Shown piece by piece: positions 17,311 to 24,705 of a stretch of DNA of 64,000 bases. The notes beneath the pieces are model-generated. The model was not told the DNA's origin. It ran no database searches and worked only from the letters and a program-made list of their open reading frames with translations. Made by a program: the position numbers and the translations under genes. Where the stretch lies: assembly GCA_051872635.1 (NCBI GenBank), contig JBJEEA010000005.1:77-64076 (forward strand), in the 5' to 3' direction. The DNA comes from Bacilli bacterium (lineage in GTDB: Bacteria > Bacillota_I > Bacilli_A > RF39 > UBA660). Every line of letters begins with the position of its first letter. The stretch's first letter is position 1.

Positions 17311-19410
17311 ATGATTTATTTCTTGTCTTTTTGGTCAGATGTTGGCTTTTCTATAAAACAAGCACTTAGAACTTTTTCTTGTAAAATTGCTTGTGTATTA
17401 TATGATTTTATTGTTGACTTATATAATGTTTTTATGTATACTGCTAGAGCTGAAATATTAAGTAGTAGTTTTGTTCAGCAAATATATAATAAAGTGGGAA
17501 TGCTTTTGGGTATCTTTATGGTTTTTAAATTATCCTTTTCTCTAATACAATCACTAGTTGATCCTAATAAATTTACAGATGAAAAAACTGGCTTTGGTGG
17601 AATTATAAAGAGAAGTGTTATTTCAATAGTACTTTTGGGAATCACGCCTTCACTTTTTCGTATGGCTTTTGATTTTCAAAACTTAATTATTGGTTCGGCA
17701 AATAATACTGATAATATTATTTATAAGATTATTGTTGGCTCAGCACCATATAATGATGCTGCGAGTTTTGGCAACATAATTGCTTCAGAGTTGTATTTTG
17801 GCTTTTATACTGAAAACTCTCCTTATAAATTAGATGAGGGAATCGATATTGAGTATCCTGATGGTGAAGCAAAAATAGTTACTAAAAACTATGCCAATCT
17901 GAAAAGTGAAATAGAAAATGGTGCTTCTTTTAATACCACTATTGATTATCTGTCTGTTACAAATAGTGGGCAGTATGTTATTAATTGGAATGGATTGTTT
18001 GCAATAGCAATGGCTGCTTTCATGATTTACATATTGGTTACATACTGTATACAGGTAGCAACACGTGTAATACAACTAGCTTATTTGCAATTAGTTGCTC
18101 CAGTTCCTATTTTATCATATATTTCAGATCCAGATGGAGCCTTTAAAAATTGGACAAGGCAATGTTTGACTACTTATTTAGATTTATTTATAAGATTAGC
18201 AATAATATACTTTATAATAACAGTTAGTACTCAAATATTACAAGCACTAAAAGATGCAGAAAGCATATTATATCAAAGCACCGGACTTGATCAGTTAAAT
18301 GATGCCGATACAATGTGGTGGGTAGTAATATTTTTAATTATTGGTTTATTAATGTTTGGAAAAAGAGTACCAGATTTATTAAAAGATTTATTCCCTAATA
18401 TGGGTGGTGGTGCCGCTACTATTGGATTTGGAATAAAAAGTCCAAAAAAAACACTTGCAGATATTCCTATAGTAGGAGGTCCTACAAATAAGGCATTAGG
18501 ATATGCAGGAAACCTTGGGAAAAAAGCAGGAAAATTCGCATGGAGCCACACCGGCGGAGCAGCAGGCAAATTTGTTTGGGGCCATACCGGAGGTAAGATT
18601 AAGAATAACTATAACAGATGGAAAGACGATAGAACAGGATATAAAGAAGGATACAAAAAAGATAAAGAATCAGAAGATGCATGGAAAGAATATGGAAATG
18701 ACTTTAATGTTGATCCTTCAGCATCTCCAGAAGAAAAATTGGTTGCATATAAAAAGGCATTTCATAGCAGCCGAGATAAAAATGGTGAATATGCAGCATC
18801 TTATGCACAATTAGAAAGAACTGGTGAGGCTTTGAAAAAATATAGAGGTGACACTAACTCAGCAGAGTATAGAAAACTTCTTGCAGACAAAGAAAAAGCA
18901 CAAAAGAATCATGATGTAAATAGAGAAAAATATAAAGATCTTGCTAGAAGAGAAGATCAACTTAAAAGATATGCTAATAGGCATCCAGAAGTTAAAAAGA
19001 ATACTTCTTCCGCATCAACTACCTCATCATCTTCTTCATCATCACCTTCAGCAACTTCTAATTCTTATCAAAGATCAAATTATAAAGGAACAAATCAACC
19101 AATTAATGAGCAAAACTCTATGTTTGCAAACATGAGTGATGAAGAATGGAAAGCTAGACGTAGTCAAAACGAGCAAGAAATAAGAGAAGAAAACTTAAGA
19201 TTAAGAGAAGCCAATCGAAATGATCCTAATCAATATTTTGATAAAATGGATCAACAGTATGCAGATGAATATTTAAAGAATAATGGTGTATCCGATGATT
19301 TTGATATGCAGTATGAAACCAAAAGAGGCCAAATGGAAGATGCATATAAAAAATTAGGATGGAGTCAAGACAATGATGGAAAATGGACCAAAAATGGCAA
19401 TGGTTCTTAA
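17311..19410 (+). CDS. VirB6/TrbL/TcpH-like polytopic channel protein with a ~325-aa hydrophilic C-terminal extension
   Basis: RBS AAGGAGG. At least 6 predicted TM helices in aa 1-360. Position between pilin-like and VirB3/VirB4 genes. C-terminal half is charged, with a poly-Ser tract. Confidence 0.55.
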   Translation: MIYFLSFWSDVGFSIKQALRTFSCKIACVLYDFIVDLYNVFMYTARAEILSSSFVQQIYNKVGMLLGIFMVFKLSFSLIQSLVDPNKFTDEKTGFGGIIKRSVISIVLLGITPSLFRMAFDFQNLIIGSANNTDNIIYKIIVGSAPYNDAASFGNIIASELYFGFYTENSPYKLDEGIDIEYPDGEAKIVTKNYANLKSEIENGASFNTTIDYLSVTNSGQYVINWNGLFAIAMAAFMIYILVTYCIQVATRVIQLAYLQLVAPVPILSYISDPDGAFKNWTRQCLTTYLDLFIRLAIIYFIITVSTQILQALKDAESILYQSTGLDQLNDADTMWWVVIFLIIGLLMFGKRVPDLLKDLFPNMGGGAATIGFGIKSPKKTLADIPIVGGPTNKALGYAGNLGKKAGKFAWSHTGGAAGKFVWGHTGGKIKNNYNRWKDDRTGYKEGYKKDKESEDAWKEYGNDFNVDPSASPEEKLVAYKKAFHSSRDKNGEYAASYAQLERTGEALKKYRGDTNSAEYRKLLADKEKAQKNHDVNREKYKDLARREDQLKRYANRHPEVKKNTSSASTTSSSSSSSPSATSNSYQRSNYKGTNQPINEQNSMFANMSDEEWKARRSQNEQEIREENLRLREANRNDPNQYFDKMDQQYADEYLKNNGVSDDFDMQYETKRGQMEDAYKKLGWSQDNDGKWTKNGNGS
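18525..18597 (+). repeat. In-frame tandem peptide repeat GKFAWSHTGGAA / GKFVWGHTGGK within the VirB6-like protein
   Basis: Read directly in translation and DNA (aaattcgcatggagccacaccggcgga / aaatttgtttggggccataccggaggt). Confidence 0.8.
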
Positions 19411-19433
19411 TGCTATAAGGAGTGTGATACATA

Positions 19434-19760
19434 GTGAATGGATTTTTAGTACCAGCAAATGCTAAAAGAGGTACTCTTATATTAAATATATTTAGACCAT
19501 TTGATTTAATTATGTTTGGAACAGGAGCACTAGTTACTTTATTATTACTTGTAATTGTTAATTCAAATGATACAGTAATGATATTACTATCCTGTCTTCC
19601 TGTTGCAATAACTGGGTTCCTAGTTGTTCCGGTACCTAACTATCATAATGTTCTATGTGCTATACAAAGTATATTTAAATTTTATTCAGAAAGAAGAAAT
19701 TATATTTGGAAGGGTTGGTGTTTCTATGAAAAATTCGGAAGCGAAGAAGAAAAAAAGTAA
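19434..19760 (+). CDS. VirB3/TcpE/PrgI-like small membrane protein
   Basis: GTG start after AAGGAGTG. 108 aa, two TM helices. Lies immediately upstream of and overlapping VirB4, as in Gram-positive T4SS loci. Confidence 0.45.
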   Translation: MNGFLVPANAKRGTLILNIFRPFDLIMFGTGALVTLLLLVIVNSNDTVMILLSCLPVAITGFLVVPVPNYHNVLCAIQSIFKFYSERRNYIWKGWCFYEKFGSEEEKK

Positions 19761-20289
19761 TTCAAAATATACAGAAGATTGGCTACCAATAAAAGCCATA
19801 TCTAATGGATGTATTCTTTTGGATAATAAAATGAAAGTAACTGGTGTTAAGATAAGACCTAGAAATATTTTTATCTTAGATCAGATAACTCAAGACAATG
19901 TTATTATTGCTCTAAAGAATTTTTACAATACCATTGATTTTGAGTTTTGGCTAATATCTGCAGACCGTCCAGTTGATTTAAATAGTTATTTAGCAAGATT
20001 ACAACTATTATATAATCAAACTCCAAATCCTGCAATTAGGAAACTTATAAATCAAGATATTGATAAAGCCAATAATTTTATGAATAATAATGTTACCGAT
20101 ACAGAGTATTATATATTATTCAAAGAAAAGAATGATGATTTAATCCAAAAAAATCTTCGTACATTAATAACAGGACTTGCTAATTCTGGACTTGAATCTA
20201 CTCAAGTATCAAATGATGATTTAAGAATAATATTAGATAATTTCTTAAATAGTGGAATGACAACTAATTTTGGGACGGTGATTTCGTAA
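19726..20289 (+). CDS. VirB4-family N-terminal domain encoded as a separate 187-aa ORF
   Basis: DWLPIKAISNGCILLDNKMKVTGVKIRPRNIFIL...NFYNTIDFEFWLIS matches the N-terminal region of Gram-positive VirB4 (TcpF/Orf16-like). Start chosen at the internal ATG of the track ORF. Confidence 0.6.
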   Translation: MKNSEAKKKKSNSKYTEDWLPIKAISNGCILLDNKMKVTGVKIRPRNIFILDQITQDNVIIALKNFYNTIDFEFWLISADRPVDLNSYLARLQLLYNQTPNPAIRKLINQDIDKANNFMNNNVTDTEYYILFKEKNDDLIQKNLRTLITGLANSGLESTQVSNDDLRIILDNFLNSGMTTNFGTVIS

Positions 20290-22073
20290 TGAATTTAAAA
20301 AGTGAACTAGCTCCTAAGGGGTTACAATTTAATCCAGCTGATTTTGTTATTAGTGATAGATATGCTACCATTTTAACAGTAATATCATATCCTAGATTTA
20401 TCGGAGCTGGATACCTGGCTAATTTAACTAATATGTCTGGTGTAAAATTAGTAATTAAACATATTCCTCTTCCGTTTTCAGTACTTGCTAAAATGTTAAA
20501 TAAAGAAATAGCCGACTTAAAAAGTAAATATCAACAAGAAAGAGATAGAACTATTCAAGAAAGAATTAGGCAAGATGTAGATTCATTAGAGTACTTTATT
20601 CAGCAGTTTACTGCTTCCCAAGCTAAAACTTTTGATTTTCAAATGCATATTATGGTAACTGCTGATACTAAAGAAGAACTTGAAATGAAGAAAGTTAATC
20701 TTAAGAACTATTTAGATGCTATGGAACTTAGAGCTATACCATTAAGGTTTGAACAAGAAAGAGTTCTAAAATCGATTCTTCCTATTTTTGATAAGCAACC
20801 AATTGAAAGTAGAATAGGTACTCCTATGCCTTCTCCTACTATGGCAGCAATGTATCCATTTATTTTTGATAGTATTAAAGATGATGGCTTATCAACATTA
20901 CTTGGCGTTGATTTTTCTGGTGGTGTAGTATTATTTAATCAATTCTTATATCAGTTAAAGAAAGAAAGCAATAGAAACAATGCTAATATGATTATTTTAG
21001 GTACATCTGGTAGTGGTAAATCCACAGCAGCTAAACTAATATTAAGAAGTCATATTCGAAATGGTTATCAAATAGTAGCAGTTGATCCCGAAGGCGAAAT
21101 AAGTGAAATGACAAGAATGTATGGAGGAGATGTCATAGATCTTGGTAAAGGTGGAGAATATGGTATGGTAAATCCACTTGAAGTAGTAATGGATGCTGAT
21201 GAAAATGAAATTAAAAATGGACTAGGATATACTGTATTAAATAAAACATTGCAGTCATTAAAAGCATTTATGAAATATTATTCACCTGATATTGAAGAGG
21301 ATGTTCTTGCACTATTTAGTGAAGTAGTCCAAGATACATATGCCAGGTTTGGAATAACATTTACTTCAGATTTTTCAAAATTCACTTCAAATGATTATCC
21401 AACTTTTGGAGATGTATATATAACAGTAACTAGTAAGTTAACATCTATGACAGTAAAAACACATGAAAGAGATGTTATGGAAAGACTAGAATTAAAACTA
21501 AGACCATTAGTTAGAGAACTTAAATATTATTTTAATGGTCATACTTCAATTAATACAGAAAGTGATTTCCTCGTGTTCAATATAAAAGAACTTATGAATT
21601 CAGATGTAAATATAAGAAATGCTTTATTATTTAATGTTCTTAAGTTTGCTTGGGGATTATGCTTAAACCCCAATGTTAATACTGTTCTATCAGTTGATGA
21701 AGCACATGTTTTACTTGGCGCAAAAAATGAATTAGGTGCTGAATTTTTAGCCCAAGTTCAAAGAAGAGCAAGAAAATATAACACAGGTACAATAATAATT
21801 ACTCAACAGCCATCAGACTTTGTCGCAGATGGAATATTAATGCATGGTAAAGCCATATTTGATAACTCTTCATATTATTTAGTTATGGGATTAAAGAAAC
21901 AATCTGTAGAAGATTTATCAATGTTAATAGACTTAAACGATAATGAGAAAGAAGGAATAAAAAGATTTAGTCAAGGTGAAGCATTATTTGTATGTGGAAA
22001 TAGAAGAATGCAAATTAATGTAGTTGTAACTGAAGATGAATTAGAGTCATTTGGCTCAGGTGGTGGATTATAG
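20289..22073 (+). CDS. virB4: VirB4-family T4SS ATPase (middle and ATPase domains, 594 aa)
   Basis: ISDRYATILTVISYPRF, Walker A GTSGSGKST, Walker B LSVDEAH, IIITQQPSD. ATG overlaps the previous stop (TAATG) and has its own GGTGA RBS. Confidence 0.85.
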   Translation: MNLKSELAPKGLQFNPADFVISDRYATILTVISYPRFIGAGYLANLTNMSGVKLVIKHIPLPFSVLAKMLNKEIADLKSKYQQERDRTIQERIRQDVDSLEYFIQQFTASQAKTFDFQMHIMVTADTKEELEMKKVNLKNYLDAMELRAIPLRFEQERVLKSILPIFDKQPIESRIGTPMPSPTMAAMYPFIFDSIKDDGLSTLLGVDFSGGVVLFNQFLYQLKKESNRNNANMIILGTSGSGKSTAAKLILRSHIRNGYQIVAVDPEGEISEMTRMYGGDVIDLGKGGEYGMVNPLEVVMDADENEIKNGLGYTVLNKTLQSLKAFMKYYSPDIEEDVLALFSEVVQDTYARFGITFTSDFSKFTSNDYPTFGDVYITVTSKLTSMTVKTHERDVMERLELKLRPLVRELKYYFNGHTSINTESDFLVFNIKELMNSDVNIRNALLFNVLKFAWGLCLNPNVNTVLSVDEAHVLLGAKNELGAEFLAQVQRRARKYNTGTIIITQQPSDFVADGILMHGKAIFDNSSYYLVMGLKKQSVEDLSMLIDLNDNEKEGIKRFSQGEALFVCGNRRMQINVVVTEDELESFGSGGGL

Positions 22074-22097
22074 ACCACAATTAGGTGGTGAGTTAAA

Positions 22098-23690
22098 ATG
22101 AATGAAAAACAACAAGATAGTGAGAACAAGTTATCTAAAAAAGAAAAAGCTGAATCTGCTGGTAAAGATATAGCAGAAATTGGAGCAAAAGCATTAGGAA
22201 CATATTATGGAGGAGAGGCAGGAGGAGCAATAGTAGATGAAGCTCTAAATACTAAAGCCGGTCAAAAAGCAGCAACTAAAGCAGGTAAACGACTAGCTAA
22301 AAATCCAATAGCCAAAAGAGCCCTTGTTAAAGCCGAACCGACGATTTCTCAAAACAAAGAAAATATAAATAGAGCTTTAGGAATGTCATTAGCTAGCAGC
22401 ACCAGTAGTAGTAGTTCAGCAACCAATAGTACAGTAACAACTAGTGATGGGAATGCAGAAGAAAATTCCTCAAGTAATTTGATGACTTCAAACAATTTAT
22501 CTAGTAATGACAATACAGATACTAAAGAAAAAAATAATAAAATAAGTGGTAGTGTAAAGGGAATCTTTAAAAATAAAAGTATAAAATTTAAGTTAATTAC
22601 TATAGGTATTATAGCTGGATTAGTATTTACTATGATTTTTATAGTTGTTTTAATATCACCACTAATGTCTTTAGGAATAATCGATATTGGTGGTGCAAGT
22701 TATGGAAATGGTTCACTATCATATGCAGATTATTCAAGCATTGGATCAAGTACTAGTTATTGGTGGCCGATTGGCGGAAGCAATATATCTATAGTAGATG
22801 GTAAAGAGTTTGCTACTGATTCGCCAACTTGTACTACTATTACCTCTAATTTTGGCTTAAGACAATTAGATGGTAGTAATAATGATCATACCGGTATAGA
22901 TATAGCTTGTCAACATCCAAGCAATCAAGACATTGTTATAGCAGCACTTGATGGAACAGTAATCAATGTAGTTAATGGATACGCTGATGGTAGAAATAAA
23001 TCTGCTGGTTATGGTAATTATGTAAAAATTCAGCATAATAATGGTGATATAACAATATATGGTCACATGTACATTAATAGTATAACCGTAAGTATTGGAG
23101 ATCATGTAAGTCAAGGACAAGTTATTGGTAAGATGGGAAGCAGTGGTAACAGTAAAGGGACTCATTTACATTTTGAAATTAGAGAAAATGGTACAGCAAT
23201 TGATCCAGCTAATCTTATATCATCTAGTAATCCAAGACCTACATCAAGTACAGGTAATTATATTAATGCTAACTCTAATAAAGAATCTATTTGCTTGAGT
23301 TTAAAAGCAAATGGCTTTACAGAAAATGCTACAATTGCTTCACTAACTAATATATACCACGAAAGTGGATTCAAAACAGATGCAGTAGGAGATGGTGGGG
23401 CAAGCTATGGAATATGTCAGTGGTATAACAGTAGAAATATGAATTTAAGAAACGCTTTTCCAAATAATTATGATACTCTAGAAGCACAAATTCAATTTTT
23501 AATATATGAACTTGAAAATAATTATAATAATCTTTACAACAATCTTACTACTAGTAGTTTAAGTGCTAATGAGTTAACTTATAAATTTTGTATAATTTTT
23601 GAAAGCCCAGCTGACACTGAAAATACATGCCGCAAAAGAGCGAGCAATTCTGTTAATTTTACAGATTATGTAAAAAATGGTTGCAAATAA
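22098..23690 (+). CDS. Membrane-anchored bifunctional cell-wall hydrolase (M23 peptidase plus lysozyme-like domain), VirB1 analogue
   Basis: HTGIDIA...GNYVKIQH...GSSGNSKGTHLHFEIR (M23). C-terminal ESGF...SYGICQW...EAQIQFLIYEL (phage-tail-lysozyme-like). One TM at ~aa 165-190. Confidence 0.8.
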   Translation: MNEKQQDSENKLSKKEKAESAGKDIAEIGAKALGTYYGGEAGGAIVDEALNTKAGQKAATKAGKRLAKNPIAKRALVKAEPTISQNKENINRALGMSLASSTSSSSSATNSTVTTSDGNAEENSSSNLMTSNNLSSNDNTDTKEKNNKISGSVKGIFKNKSIKFKLITIGIIAGLVFTMIFIVVLISPLMSLGIIDIGGASYGNGSLSYADYSSIGSSTSYWWPIGGSNISIVDGKEFATDSPTCTTITSNFGLRQLDGSNNDHTGIDIACQHPSNQDIVIAALDGTVINVVNGYADGRNKSAGYGNYVKIQHNNGDITIYGHMYINSITVSIGDHVSQGQVIGKMGSSGNSKGTHLHFEIRENGTAIDPANLISSSNPRPTSSTGNYINANSNKESICLSLKANGFTENATIASLTNIYHESGFKTDAVGDGGASYGICQWYNSRNMNLRNAFPNNYDTLEAQIQFLIYELENNYNNLYNNLTTSSLSANELTYKFCIIFESPADTENTCRKRASNSVNFTDYVKNGCK

Positions 23691-23701
23691 AGGAGATATT
23701 T

Positions 23702-24577
23702 ATGAATAGATTTACTAAAGATGATTTAAAAACTTTAATCGTAGTAATATTAGTATGTACTATATTTGCATCAATAGTTTTAGTAGTTAATATAAAAAGT
23801 AATAGCGAAAAGTTAGAAGCAGTAAATGAATACAACACTTTTTTTTCAACAACTAAATATGTAAATTCCTATTTAAATTATCTATCGAATGGAGATAGCC
23901 AAGCTGTTTATAATTTACTTTTTGATAAATATATAGAAAAATATAACATTACTGAAGATAATGTCTTATCTAAATTAAATAAATATCCTAAAGATATTTC
24001 TATTAGAGTAAAACAAATGGAATATGTTAAAGTAAAAGATAATTATATATACTATATAAATGGAAAAATTATCGAAAATGGCTATGATTATGAAAAAGTA
24101 ATAGATGAAAATTTTGAAATAATTGTAATTAATGATTTTAATAATTTATCAGTAGCTTTATATCCTATAAATGATACCAATTATAAAAAGATAATAGATA
24201 ATATAAAGGAAATAAACATAGTTCAAAATAATACCAATCATATTGTTAAATCAGACCTTATAACTAAAGAACAGATTTGTATTATGTATTTATCTGATTA
24301 CTTAAATGAAATTAAAACTAACATTGACTATTCATATGAAATTCTTAGTCAAAGTATGAAAAAGAAATATACCACTCTAGATTCTTACAAGAAATATATT
24401 AATAGTCAAATTAATAATCTTACCACAGTTGCAGATAAATGCAAAGAGGAAGAAATTGATAAAAAGAGAGTCTATACAGTTGTAGATAAAAATGAAAATG
24501 TTTATTCTTTTACTGAAGAATCTATAATGAATTATAAAGTTGATTTATATTTTAAAGAAGATAAAAATGAACAATAA
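23702..24577 (+). CDS. N-terminally anchored protein in the VirB8/TcpC/ConB position
   Basis: Start at ATG after AAGGAGA. Single N-terminal TM plus a ~250-aa extracytoplasmic part. Assigned from gene order and topology only. Confidence 0.35.
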   Translation: MNRFTKDDLKTLIVVILVCTIFASIVLVVNIKSNSEKLEAVNEYNTFFSTTKYVNSYLNYLSNGDSQAVYNLLFDKYIEKYNITEDNVLSKLNKYPKDISIRVKQMEYVKVKDNYIYYINGKIIENGYDYEKVIDENFEIIVINDFNNLSVALYPINDTNYKKIIDNIKEINIVQNNTNHIVKSDLITKEQICIMYLSDYLNEIKTNIDYSYEILSQSMKKKYTTLDSYKKYINSQINNLTTVADKCKEEEIDKKRVYTVVDKNENVYSFTEESIMNYKVDLYFKEDKNEQ

Positions 24578-24614
24578 ATATAGATGTTAAGTATTGTAAT
24601 ATCTATATTTTTTC
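24577..24614 (+). terminator. Hairpin plus T-run between the VirB8-position gene and the coupling-protein gene
   Basis: AAATATAGAT / ATCTATATTT stem followed by TTTT. Confidence 0.5.
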
Positions 24615-24650
24615 TTTTCCAATTCATATTTCAATTCAAAAATTTATATG

Positions 24651-24679
24651 TTTACAATTCAAGGTATTAATGCTATAAT
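24651..24679 (+). promoter_or_regulatory. Near-consensus promoter for the coupling-protein gene
   Basis: TTTACA, 17-nt spacer, TGcTATAAT (extended -10). Confidence 0.55.
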
Positions 24680-24705
24680 ATTGTTAGTTATTCGGAGGAA
24701 AATAT

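Noticed and set aside
18503-19135. Plus-strand alternative-frame ORFs (103 and 64 aa) inside the VirB6-like gene
   Set aside because: They are embedded out of frame in a 699-aa ORF with a strong RBS. They arise from the purine-rich, low-complexity coding of the C-terminal extension.
19624-19725. The track's longer start (MFRYLTIIMF…) for the VirB4 N-terminal ORF
   Set aside because: This part overlaps the VirB3-like gene in another frame and is hydrophobic nonsense. The conserved VirB4 N-terminal sequence begins after the ATG at 19726.
22098-23690. Prophage interpretation of the M23 plus phage-tail-lysozyme-like hydrolase
   Set aside because: No terminase, portal, capsid, tail or holin genes occur anywhere nearby. 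The gene is embedded between VirB4 and the VirB8-position and VirD4 genes, which fits a T4SS VirB1 analogue.
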